Of a stretch of DNA of 64,000 nt, positions 14,090 to 33,412 are shown in pieces. The translations under genes and the position numbers were made by a program. The notes under the pieces are model-generated. The model saw only the letters and a list, made by a program, of their open reading frames with translations, was not told the origin of the DNA and searched no databases. Source of the DNA: the human T2T-CHM13v2.0 reference genome, Homo sapiens; assembly GCF_009914755.1 (NCBI RefSeq), contig NC_060942.1. One strand, 5' to 3'. Numbering within the stretch: position 1 is the first letter of the stretch; the number at the start of each line of letters is the position of its first letter.

Positions 14090-15450
14090 TAATCACTTTT
14101 CCTCTATTAATAGACAGTATCAGGTATTGCTGATTTTGCTATTACAAACCATGCTTCAACAAACATATAATTATCCTTGATTGCATGTATACATGTTTCT
14201 CCAGGGTATGTGGATAGAAGTAGAAATACTGGTTTTTAAAATGTGTGTATGTTCACTTTACTAGATGTTTTCAGATTGCTCATGATTGTTTTAATTTATA
14301 AGCCTAGAACCAATGAAATGAAAACTTCTTTTGTCCTCAGCAAAAACTACTATTGCCAGATTTTTCCAGTTATGAAATATTCCAAACATACAAAGAACAT
14401 AAACTTTTCTTAAAACATAATTTGCTGTGTTTCAGATTTTAAAAAAGAAATAAAATGAATATAATTGAGGCCTGGTGTATATCCCAATATAGTTATTTCA
14501 GAAGAAAACTCATGTTTATAATTCTATGTACAGTTTTTCTACATTTATTAGATTTTTGTATTTCTTTAAATAATATTTGCTATTGAATTACGTAGCTTCA
14601 ACTTTATATAATCAGAATTGTACAGAATGTGATTTCCTGTTTTTGCTCAAGATTATGTTTTTGAAATGTAATAGTTTTGATATATAGAGTTGTGGTTCAT
14701 TCATTTTTACTTCTATATACTATCGCTTTGTATAAATACCTACAATTTGTATTTTAATGCAAATGTGCAAGAGTTTGGTTAGGTTATATGCTTAGAGGTG
14801 GATTTGCTGGGCATAGGTTGGCCACATACTTACCATCTACTGCAAGTTTGCCAGATGGTGTATCCAAATGCAGCCAAGTAAATTCCAGAACCTTTTGCTC
14901 TACCTTCTCAGCAACCCATGACAGTGTGAGACTTTTTCCCCTTGGATAAATGAGTGGGTAAAAGTTGCATTTCTCTGCACTTTGAACATGTTTTCATATG
15001 TTTATTGACCAATAGATTTTCTTAGTTTTGAATTATTTCTTCACAGCTATTGATTAGTTTTCTATGTGACATCTTTTCTTAATGGTGTACAAGAATGCCA
15101 TCTATATTTTAAATATTAGTTATTTACAGTTATACACAATACAGTTGTCTTATGTTATAGCTTGCCTTTAAACTTGCTTATAGTCTTCTATGTCTTACTA
15201 ACATTTTACATTTTAATAAAATCAAATTTATTCTCTTTGTGACTTATAATTTTTTGTCTTACTCAAGAAGGCTCTCTTTACAACAACATAAAGCTACTAT
15301 CTTCTAGTCTAATGACACAATATTCTGTTCTAATTAAGCCACATGTAGATCTTTAATCAATGTCTAATTAATCCTTATTTCAGGGTTTGAGTTTGGGATT
15401 TATTTGTTCCCATATAGGTAGTCTGTTTTTCTTCTCCATTTATTAAAATT
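14090..15450 (-). mobile_element. Highly decayed L1ME-type fragments
   Basis: Patches resembling antisense old L1 3' regions (gttcattcatttttacttctatata, ttttcatatgtttattgacca). Boundaries approximate. Confidence 0.5.
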
Positions 15451-17449
15451 CTTGTGCATGAGCTTGTTAAACATGCACAACTTTTCATGTTTTCATACAT
15501 GTATCTTCAATATTGTGCTGGATTTACTCAGGCAAATAGAGCAACATGGGCAGGACAAAGGCGTAGGGGTCTCAGAATACTTGCCATCATGCTTCAGTGC
15601 CACTTGTGTGTAAAGTGTGCCAGATTAGGTCAAATTAGTTAGGTCAGAGTAACACAGTAATATTTTACATGTGCAGTCTAGATTATTGTGAGCAGGACTG
15701 GAAGCAGGAGTACTATATAGATGCCAGGCAAAAAGTGCAAGGAAGGGTCGGCGTGAGCAGCAAAAATAGAGAAGAATTTTGCTGTTGTAGTCAGAGTAGA
15801 GCCTTATGTGCATTGTATCATTATGTAAATATGGATCGATAATTTGCCCACTTCCAGTTTTTTTATTATATATATTTATGTTTATATAATAATTTTTTCT
15901 TTTCCCACTATCACAGCTTGTCACAGTGCTACCTGCTACTTAGGACCATTTAAAAAGCCACCTTGTTTACAAGCTTTTTCTAGATGTCCTAAACACTATG
16001 TGGTTTCTGCTCCTCCCCCTTTCAATTATTTATGGCGCTCTGCTTGTGCCCTTAATATACCCTTTTTCCCTGTTTTTCATTATATTTACATGTTCATGAA
16101 ATTAATTTGTTCTCAATTATCCCACAATGATATATGTCCTTTTTAAGATCTCACTAAAATGTATTAACTGGAAATTTGAATGTATTATAAAATATTTTAT
16201 TCATTGCATCATGATTAAAGCAATCATTTTTTAATTTTTAGAAAATAATTTAAAATAAAAATACAAGTTTAAAATAACCTTTAATCAGATATTTGCAATT
16301 TTAAATCAGAGTATTCTGATTTAAAGTGTTAAAAAAAATGTTGCATTAAAATTTAAAAAATCATATAAACTGGTAAACATATGCTTAATCTCCTGATTGC
16401 TTATATTCCTTGACTTTATTTCACTATCTGTATATTGAGTTGAAATATTTCTCTAAATATTAAGGAGTGGGCAAAACTGTCCTAAAGATTATTTTAACAC
16501 TAGCATAATAGAGCTAGATATACGTATTCATATTATTTTTATTTCTGGAGAAATTTTTCACTGCCCTAAAATCGCAAAGATATTCTCTTACATTTTATTC
16601 TAATTGTTTTACTTTTAATTTTTACATGTAAGGGATCCATTCACCTGGATTGTTATTGGTTGATGAGAGATTATGATCAGGTTAATTTTTTCGTATGTGT
16701 AGCTAGTTTTCTCATCACAATTTGTTAAATAATCTGTCCTTTTCCATTCATGTTCAATGCTACTTCTTCATATACCACATTTCTGCATATGTGTAGGTAA
16801 TATATGGGCTTCCTTATTCTGCCCAACTTGTTCATTTATGTATAATGAACACTGCTATTCCTCCCCATATCCAAACACATTTTCCTTCCTCTCCAAAGCT
16901 GTCCAGGATCTTCCTAATCCTTTACTTTGTCATTTGCATTTTAGGATTTGTTTATTAACTTGCATCAAATACTTTGCTAAGATTTGAATAAAAAATTCAT
17001 TGACTTTTAAAATTAGAAACGTAATTATATACGCATTTCAGGCATTACATGGTTCAACTTAATTTACAAATGTTGAAATGGGATCTCAAAAGGGTAAACT
17101 CAGATCACCTATGAAAGTCGTTTTATTTCTAATTTTCTAGGGGAAGATATAAACGACTAAACTTTGGGCCATATTACTAAACATTGTAGATCATGAGTAT
17201 GCCATTAAAACATAATAAATTGAGAAACACAAGAAAATCTACAAAGTTAGATATTCAATCAATACAGTGAAGTGATTTTAAAAGTGTCAGAAATGATTGT
17301 GTTAACAAACATTCATACCCATTTTTTCACTTTGTAGAATATGATATGTGTCACATTTTGACTATTTTCTCCACCTAGTCATTCTTCATCTCTACTAGTC
17401 TGATGTTACCCTACCTTTTATTCAGTTATTTGACTTTTTTGTACTCTCC

Positions 17450-18683
<1,234 letters not shown>

Positions 18684-20222
18684 TGGAGTACCCTACTTTT
18701 AAAGTGATTTACTTTCTTTATAGTTCCTCATGATCTTTACTTTGTCTTCATTGTACTGTACTAATAATTAAATTATAAAATATAGAGAATATGGTTTTTA
18801 TATATAGAGAAAATAGATTATAAAATATAGAGCATATAGATTATTTCTATAGTAATCTGCACTTCTTTGTTTTGTGCCCACACAATGTGGGCTCTGTATA
18901 CAAATTTGATAAATTAAAGGAAGTGTATTTAAAATCCTATCGTTTATGTCTTCATTCATTCATTCCATGATACAGATTTAGCATTTACTTGGTGCCAGAT
19001 ATGATTCTAACCATTCTCAGATATTTAAATTCTTACTACAATTGCCCTTTCAAGAAAGATTTCTTCTTTATTATCTGAAATTTGAGTTTCAAACAGAAAT
19101 TAAATAATTAATATAAAAATATAAATGTTGGGCCCCAATAAGGATTAATTCTTAATCCTTAAGAGGATAACTCTAGAGCTTCCTCATGAAAAATTACTAA
19201 GTTATGTAGGTCAAAGAGAAAGTGATTTAGAATATAAACCTCTGATAGCTCACTTGCTGGATAAAATACCAAAAATAATAAAATCCAAATAGCTTGCCTA
19301 GGATTGTCTAACATGTTCAAAAACAAATCAGCTTTTTCCAACAACCTCTCTATTCTCCTTTTATAAACTCTAATAAATTTTTAAAAAGTAAAAATAAAAG
19401 GACTTGCTCAAACAAACTCCTAGAGTGTCAGTGTGGTACTATATTTTACATCAATGATGAATAATCATCAGAATCATTGTCTTTAATTGTGGAATCATCA
19501 TTCATGTTTATTAGTGTTTCCTTATAGGCACCTACGTGATACGTGGAAAAGAAATCTGCAAAATCAAAGGGTAGCTTTAGTGTCTGTTGCTTTTCACAAA
19601 TGAATGTACTCATGATGAAAGGCCTAACATTGCTTGGACTACTTCGATCTGGAATAAGAAGAAATATTGCCTGTTCAGAACAGCCACAGGAGAAGTAATT
19701 AATTGAGGGCTTTGGAATCAGTGTTTTATAGGAAATGATTTAATTAGTTGTTCTATCCATTGGCTTCAAAAATTTTGTTGTAATATATGCTTCAGTTTAC
19801 CCCTGTGACTCTGATGATTTCCTTATGCATATAAGGAAATTATAAGAGAATTTTAGTAGCATGGACATATTCCTGTGAATTGAAGATGTGATGAAAACTT
19901 CTAATTTAAGAATCTTTATTCTTTGGAGAACATGTGGTTCTGCCCTGTTTAACTGCACACTAAAATGATTTAATTTACTAAATGTTAAGATGATCTAAAA
20001 TTCCAGAATTTAAAAATGATTGGCTTTTCCTTATTTACTACACATGGATATTTTATATTTCTATCAAAAATATATTGGAAATAGTTTCTTAGATTCCTGT
20101 TTGTACTTGAGATTTTATGCTTAAATATATGTTGAAAACCACAATGTATTCAATCAAAGTTACATTTAATACAAACAACATCTATATCTATGTTGATTTT
20201 TCTATAAGGAAAATATTGAGGG

Positions 20223-20227
<5 letters not shown>

Positions 20228-20268
<41 letters not shown>
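20228..20268. repeat. (TA)n microsatellite
   Basis: About 20 uninterrupted AT units seen directly. Confidence 0.97.
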
Positions 20269-20270
<2 letters not shown>

Positions 20271-21254
20271 TATTAATACAACTCAAGGTCTTCCTTTTCT
20301 TCCGTACCACCTCTAATGCAGTGTCTGTAATTTGTGATGATTTTTGCATTCTCACAGTTGTAATTTCTAAGCCTAGTATAACAAGTTAAACCTGTTAAAA
20401 AGAGAGAAACTATTGTTTTCATTTAGATGCACAGTATAAGATTCATTGCTCTTATCTCTGGAATTTTTCCAAAGATAAATTGGTTAAACTATTCATTATC
20501 ATTATGAAACATTATTATTGATTATGAAATGCTGATAAATTAGCCGTTTTTATCTAATGAAATTTCCTTTTTATGAAAGTGAACCATAAAAACAATCTCA
20601 GTGCATAAAGGGTTATGCAGCTGCTTCTGAAATAAATTTCTAAGTGGGCATTTTACATCATTGATCTTCAAAACTCTTAATTATCAAAAAGCTTTTAATC
20701 TGTAGAGGGACAATTATAACTATTAGATCTACCTGTGTTGGAAGGTCTAGGATTTGACTGATTACGAAGGAGAAGAAAAAGCCATCATTTCCAAAAAGTC
20801 TTAGGTTGTCTACATCAAAACTGTCATCTTTTTAACATCCAATTTTAGAATATTTATTATGCCTGTATCTTCAGTCTAAGCATTCAGAAAGGGACTGTAG
20901 TTAATGACAAGGAAAGTAGGTCATTTTTGGCTTATTCAGATTTAAGGTACAGGTTATTTCTTTTTACTTTCGCTTTTTTATTATTTTTTGAGAGCAAGGG
21001 ACTATTCTCTTCAAAATATAAAAAAGTCTTTCATCATAAAAATGAGTTGCTCTTTATTAAAATAGCAATCACAAAACGTAGAAAACGATAAAGAAGTTAG
21101 TTGGACTTACCCAAAATCTCCCCCGCTTCCTCATTAGGATTAGTATCATTATTCATTCTTTGAATGAATCTACCTAGATGTTTTTCTTTCCCTAATTGGA
21201 ATACATACATAATTTTATTTTGCAAAAATAGCAGAGAGTATATGCAATGCTTTA

Positions 21255-22263
<1,009 letters not shown>

Positions 22264-22764
22264 CCATAAATACAAGTGTACACAATTTTCAATGTGTATG
22301 ATTTACAGATAATGCATAATTTGTTTAATTACTGCCTACTGTTGAAATCTCCCCACCCCATGGATAAAGTCTTATAAGTAGAATTGTTGGGTCAAAGTTA
22401 TATATTTTGTAACTTTTTAATTTGAGATAGTTTAAGGCTTACATAAAAGTTACAAAGATAGTACAGAGAATTCTACATACCCTTCATCTGGCATTCCCTT
22501 ATGTTAATATCTTACATAAGCACAGAATAATTATCTATCTTAATTTTTTGTTTTGCAGGTATTAAAAATAGCATCCTACATTTAAACATCATACTTTAAA
22601 AAACTGCAGCTTAACCATAGGAACTGATGTTAAGTCTTAATAACCAAAAATAAAAAGAAAATTTGAAAAGAAATTACAATTAAACATCGATATTTCACAA
22701 TATAGTATACAATTAGTGAGTTTTTTCCCCTAAAGATTATTAAACTAAAGAAGTTTATCATTTT

Positions 22765-23073
<309 letters not shown>

Positions 23074-25112
23074 CTAATTATTTTGAAATGTGTAAAAAAT
23101 GTGAAAGCCACCCATAAACTGAGTGAAGAGTGAACCTTTAATCTGATTGCTAACAACATAATGCTATTTTGAGAGAAGAGAGGGAATGAATATGCATATT
23201 TCTGTATTTCAACAAGGTTTCAATATGTAAGATTAATCTTTTTCACAGTTTGAGTAATTATATAATGACTACTGGCAACAGTGATACATTTGGTGGTGTT
23301 ACTGCATAGGAACTTGTTTCCAGAGTTTCCAAGTTTAAATTCTCCCCTTCAAAAAAAAGAAAAAGTGATTAATGAAAGAAAATACAATTTTATTTAAAAT
23401 ATAAATTCATACAATTTTAAAAAGATTTCATTAGGAAACATTTATTTGTGTTGTGCTTGATATAAAATTAATGAATTAAGCTAAGGAGTTGCCCCCTAGG
23501 ATTTCATTATTAAAGTGTGTGTGCATTATATTTTCTGGCACATTCCATGTTAATAAATCAAGGCTTTGAGGTTATGGACATGTCTGCTTGACCTCAAAGC
23601 ACAGTGATTTATTTGTTTTGATGGTTTTGATTACTGCAAAGTCATAGAAGTGGAGGTTTGTGAAAACTGTGGTATAGCTAGAAACAGAAGCTCTCTTCTA
23701 CCTTATTTAGTCTTATTTAAAAAGCTTGATTGTGTGTTCTAATGCATTTGAATCTAGTTTAAGTCTATATATTAATAAAGTTATAATTAGAACACATCCA
23801 CAATTTTTAGGAGATCTGTTAGCATTTTATTTATTAGTGCTAATTGAACCATTGATAGTAAAACACTCTTAGAAAGCAAGTTTCAATTTTCTTCCTGAAT
23901 TTTTTTTCTGAGAACCAATGTAATATGTTAAAATATCTCATTGTTAAGTTGAAAGACAAAAGCATAATAGTTTTGACTACATATTGCAATAGAAATAGCA
24001 GGAAAATTAAGGATGTCTTTTAAGTGAGCTACATTTTTAAAAATTGTATCAAATTTTGTAAGTAAACTATAATGTAATAAAAATGCATTTAACCAAAATA
24101 GCAGCCAAAAATTATTCCAGATAGAGATAAAGCTCATATACATCTAAGTCTCATGCTCTACTTGAAAATGTAATACATTGAGCCACATTGCAGGGAAGAA
24201 TTCAGGACAGTGAGACTCAGTGTGCACACAATTTTAGAAGCTTTGCACTGTCTGTGTCATCTGTATATATTGAAAAAAAAACAAAAACAAAAAACAAAAC
24301 AGTTATTCTTCCCTTCTAAAAACCTGGATATAAGTAGTTTGGAAAGAAATGTAGACTGTTTCCTCTGAGAAACTAGTTAAATATATAGTCACTTTTATGA
24401 CATGAAGTTCAATAGAGAGCACAAATATAGAAAGAACAATGTGCATTTCAGATTTTGAATTTTGTCACATACATTCCTATGTACTTTTTCACTACAGATT
24501 TTCTATATACTATATAAAGTTTTCCCAACGCATGGCTAATGTAAAAAGAAAACTACATGTACTAACTTTATAGCCTCAACTACAGCAAAATTTCCTGATC
24601 ACACATGATTTTTTCCACTAGGAATAATCAGTTCCATCTGTTATCATACATTTTAACTATTTCTTACTAATTTTTAACTTCTCTTCCAAGCATAATTATG
24701 TGAGGTCAGGTTCAGTTTTGGTGTGAAAGCAATGAAAGTGTCTGGGAATCCTGGTGGAGCCAGTAGAAGCAAGGCTGACAGTCAGAGTGATGTTTGAGAC
24801 GTGGTTTTCAATTTCTCTACCATTCCACAAATACCTATTGATTTCTGGTTCTGCTGGAATTTTTCTTGATTAACGTTTCTGCCACATGTTCTCCATGTGA
24901 TCTTGGACAAGTTAATTAAACACTTTGCACTTTAAACTTCTCATTGAACAAAATGGGGAAAATAATTCTTCCCCTTCAGACTGTGATGAGTCTCAAAAAA
25001 TAAATGAAAGAAGTAACAAGTGCCCTACATGTAGGATGCACATGGAGATTTGCATGTGGCATGTGTACTGGATTGTTCCTGGGAGATACATACATAAGAA
25101 AATGGAAAAGGT

Positions 25113-25924
<812 letters not shown>

Positions 25925-26781
25925 TCATCTATTTATCAAATATTTATTTAAGCTGTGCGCTCTACTGGAAATGTAAATACAGATAAAATATGGGTCTTTC
26001 TATTAAGAATGCATTGAACTGGTGGGTTGATTTAGTAAACAGGCAAATGTTTGGAATCTTGTAGAGCCATAATAAAAATAGAGATGAATGCTGTGCTTCT
26101 GAGGGGAGACAGAAAGCGGCCTTTTCATTCGATTGTCGACACAAAGTGGGAAAGGATTCCTTAAACCTTTCTTAATTATGTGGATCTTGAAGTAGATCTT
26201 TGGAACAATAAAGTCAGGATGGATACTGAAGTGGTAAGAAGTTCAAGTTGTAGAATAGCATTAAATATCATTTTTCACCTTAATGGAATGTATTTTTAAA
26301 AATCTTTTTATTGGCTTACTTTTTTGGCCTAAAGTATTTCCAACTTATTATTGTTTTTATTTTCAAATAATCCATATTATGTGCTACAAGGAAAATACAT
26401 AAATATATATTTCAGTTATATTTCCCCCTCCCTCTTTCGTTTTTATCCCTTTAAAATGTATCCAGTGTTTCTCTTGGCTCATATGTGCTTTTCTTTAGAT
26501 GTATAAAGATACTATTTAATATAATTTAAGATAATATCCCTTTATTCCCTGCTATGAAAACTGATAAAGTTAATATACTTTTAATCCTTCTTTTCTTTCT
26601 AATTTTTGTGTACTATTTTAACTGAAGGTTTTTAATATTTATGTCCTGTCTTATAATTACAGTTCTTACACCTTAGTTCTCTATTTAAAACCTTAGTTCT
26701 ATATTAAAATCTATGTGATAAATCACCGCAGCCTCTCTATTCTTGAGTTCTTTGTCTTGATACATATACGAATTATCTGGA

Positions 26782-28351
26782 TTTTTTTTTTTTTTTACTT
26801 TAAATTCTGGGATACATGTGCAGAACGTGCAGGTTTGTTACATAGGTATACGCGTGCCATGGTGGTTTGCTGCACCCATCAACCCATCATCTACATTAGG
26901 TATTTCTCCTAATGCTGTCTCTCCCCTTGCCCCCTACCCGCTGACAGGCCCCAGTGTATTATGTTCCCCTCCCTGTGTCCATGTGTTCATTGTTCAACTC
27001 CCATTTATGAGTGAGAACATGCGGTGTTTGGTTTTCTATTCCTGTTGCTGAGAATGATGGTTTCCAGCTTCATCCATGTCCCTGCAAAGGACATGAACTC
27101 ATCCATTTTTATGGCTGCAGAGTATTCCATGGTGCATATGTGCCACATTTTCTTTCTCCAGTCTATCATTGATGGACATTTGGGTTGGTTCCAAGTCTTT
27201 GCTATTGTGAACAGTGCTGCAATAAACATATGTATGCATGTGTCTTTATAGTAGAATGATTTATAATCCCTCGGGTATATACCCAGTAATGGAACTGCTG
27301 TGTCAAATGGTATTTCTGGTTCTAGATCCTTGAGCAATTGCCACACTGTCTTCCACAATGGTTGAACTAATTTACACTCCCACCAACAGTGTGAAAGCGT
27401 TCATATTTCTCCACATCCTCTCCAGCATCTGTTGTTTCCTGACTTTTTAATTATCACCATTGTAACTATTGTGAAATGGTATCTCATTGTGGTTTTGCTT
27501 TGCATTTCTCTAATGACCAGTGATGATGAGCTTTTTTTCTATGTTTGTTGCCTGCATAAACGTCTTTTGAGAAGTGTCTGTTCATATCCTTCACCCACTT
27601 TTTGATGGGGTTGTATGTTTTTTTCTTGTAAATTTGTTCAAGTTCTTTGTAGATTCTGGATATTAGTCCTTTGTCAGATGGACAGATTGCAATAATTTTC
27701 TCCCATTCTGTAGGTTGCCTGTTCACTCTGATGATAGTTTCATTTGCTGTGCAGAAGCTCTTTAGTTTAATTAGATCCCATTTGTCAATTTTGGTTTTTG
27801 TTGTCATTGCTTTTGGTGTTATAGTCATGAAGTCTTTGCCCATGCCTATGTCCTGAATGGTATTGCCTAGGTTTTCTTCTAGGATATTCATGGTTTTAGG
27901 TCTTACAGTTAAGTTTTTAATCCATTTTGAGTTAATTTTTGTATAAGATGTAAGAAAGGGGTCCAGTTTCAGTCTTTTGCATATGGCTAGCCAGTTTTCC
28001 CAAGACCATTTATTAAATAGGGAATCCTTTCCCCATTGCTGGTTTTTTGTCAGGTTTTCCAAAAATCAGATGGTTGTAAATGTGTAGCATTATTTGTGAG
28101 TCCTCTGTTCTGTTCAGTTGGTCTCTATATCTGTTTTGGTACCAGTACCAGTACCAGTACCAGGCTGTTTTGGTTACTGTAGCCTTGTAGTATAGTTTGA
28201 AGTCAGGTAGTGTGATGCCTCCAGCTTTGTTCTTTTTGCTTAGGATTGTTTTGGCTATATGGGCTCTTTTTATGTTCCATATGAAAGTTAAAGTAGTTTT
28301 TTCTAATTCTGTGAAGAAACTCAATGGTAGCTTGATGGGGATAATCCAAAG
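26782..28351 (-). mobile_element. 5'-truncated L1PA7/8-like element with TSD
   Basis: ORF-track peptides match the L1 ORF2 C-terminus. TSD gaattatctgga(tttt) at 26770 and 28352. Confidence 0.93.
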
Positions 28352-28393
28352 GAATTATCTGGATTTTATCATATCTTGGAAATATTGTTCATT

Positions 28394-31092
<2,699 letters not shown>

Positions 31093-31353
31093 TAGTTGTT
31101 TTCAAGAAGGCATTCGGAGTAGCCATGAGTCTGTTCTCTGTTTTACCGTATATTTGGGAATGTCGGCCTTCTTACTTGCAGGATAACTTGAGCCCAAGTA
31201 TATTTCTTGGGTTATAGTCTTTTTCACTGAGACCCTTGTAGACTTTTTTCCACTGTCCTCTAGCATTTATTGTGTCTGTGAAGAATTTCAGTCTCTCCAA
31301 TATCTCACTTTTCTACACAAATTGCTTTTTCTTCTGTGATTTTTGTTCTTTTA

Positions 31354-31361
31354 TACACACA

Positions 31362-31392
<31 letters not shown>
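31354..31392. repeat. (CA)n microsatellite
   Basis: Seen directly. Confidence 0.95.
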
Positions 31393-32879
31393 TTCTTTGA
31401 CTATGAGATACGTTGAACATGAAACAAAAAAATAATGGTCGATTTATGTAGAACTGTGATCCTGGGAGAGAAAAACAACTTGACATTGTCTGATTGAAGG
31501 TTTAATACAAGTACTGAGTGAGTAGGTAGTGAATTTCATCAGCTTCTTGAAGTATTTCAAATCCTACTATTTGCTTTTCAATAGGCTAACTTAAAAAATT
31601 AGTTGACTATTTTAAGCGTTTGAAATTACAAAGGCAGAAAGATATTAAAATTAAACTTTTCAAATTAATTCTCTATTCCCTATACCACTTAATTTCCAGT
31701 AAATTGTGTGTGTGTGTATGGTTTTGTATTCAGATTAAATCTGTCCTTATAGCCAACAACCACCATAAAAATACTCCTTACATGAATACCAGATGAAGTT
31801 AAAGTAACATTTTATTACAGTTTTTATCATTATACTGTTACTGTAACGTCAAAAATAGTATAAAAGTATGATAAATATTATGAGTACTTAATTTTTGAAA
31901 TTCAATAGTTGTTTGTTTCTTTTCTGTCCATCTTTCTCACAAAGGTTGTGTATATTTTTAGCTAGGCATTTTCCTTTGAGGATCTCAATTATTTTATACT
32001 TTCTGAAACATTTTTGCAATTTAAAACATTAGGAGACTAGAGAAGATAAATTTAATACAATAAACTTTGTACATAACATCTGTTGTTACTCAACTTAATA
32101 TGAATTACTTATTTTGAAGTATATTTTTTGTAAAGAAGAACCTTCAAGTCTATACTGGACCTACCTCCAATGATTCATTCAAACATGAGTAGCATAAATA
32201 ACTTACATTTACAAGGTATTTCCAAATTAGATAATTATGTTCTTTGAGCCCACCAGAACATGCACTGGATAATATAGCAATAAACGTAGCTGAAAATGTA
32301 TTCTTCTTTTTTATAATATAAATATCAATAGCCAGGGGATGCACAGAATAACTGTTGATTCAACAGCTGTTGCATTGTGAAAAGCACAATAGGTGTTTTA
32401 TGATATAAAGAGATGGCCCAGTGGTACAGGTAGAACACCGGTGTGCATAATGTTACACAGAATGTGATGAATGCCTTAAGGAGGAGACAATAAGGCATTT
32501 TGGATATTGAGAGAAAAGAAAAAAATGTTCAGGCTGGAAGGAAGGCAGAGTTCAGAAAAATACTTTAAGAAAGGAGATGACATTTAAGGTGGGGATTAAA
32601 ATATGGTTACCCCGGAACATGCAGAGATAGAGGTAAGAGAACAAGGTAGTCAGAGGATTTGGATAATTCCAAATTGTGTACCAATCCTGCATAATTAATC
32701 AGTCTGTCTTTTACCTTGTGTTTTTTTAAATTCACCATTAATGTTGTTTTTTACTTGCTTAATTCTCTCTTCTAAAAATAGGATCAATTTGTTCATTTTA
32801 TGAATATTAACAGTATTTGAAAGCATATTTTATGTTCTTTTTATTTTTAAAGATCTTCAAAGACTCTTAATATGCTTTG

Positions 32880-33255
32880 TGTATTAGTCCATCTCACGCT
32901 GCTATAAGGACATACCCAAGACTGAGTAATTTATAAAGCAAAGAGGTTTAATTGTCTCACAATTCAGCATGGCTGCAGAGGCCTAAGGTAACTTACAATC
33001 ATGGTGGAAGGGGAAGCAAACACATCCTTCTTCACATGGCAGCAGGAAAGAGAAATGCAGAGCAAAGGGGAAAAAGCCCCTTATAAAACCATCAGACGTT
33101 GTGAGAACTCACTCACTATCAGAGAACAGCATGGGGGAACTGCCCCCATGATCTAATCACCTCCCACGAGGCCCCTCCCGCAACATGTGGGGATTACAAT
33201 TTGGATTACGATTCAAGATGAGATTTGGGTGGGGACACAGAGACAAACCATATTA
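32880..33255 (-). mobile_element. THE1 (THE1D-like) solitary MaLR LTR
   Basis: tgtattagtccat...gactgagtaatttataaag...gagatttgggtggggacacag..aaaccatatta; about 375 bp. Confidence 0.9.
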
Positions 33256-33302
33256 TTTTGCAAATTGTTTTTCAACAATAGACGTGGAATTTCTGTTTGC
33301 TA

Positions 33303-33412
33303 CTTTACACATGTTGCTTATTGTCTTTACACATGTTGCTTATTGTCTTATACTATACTTATATATGTTGCTTATTGTCTTATACTATACTTATATATGT
33401 TGCTTATTGTCT
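33303..33412. repeat. Compound minisatellite (2 x 22 bp plus 2 x 32 bp)
   Basis: The core atgttgcttattgtct occurs four times. Confidence 0.93.

Noticed and set aside
16300-16325. Perfect hairpin tttaaatcaga-gtat-tctgatttaaa
   Set aside because: An 11-bp AT-rich stem is plausible by chance in 64 kb; no supporting context.
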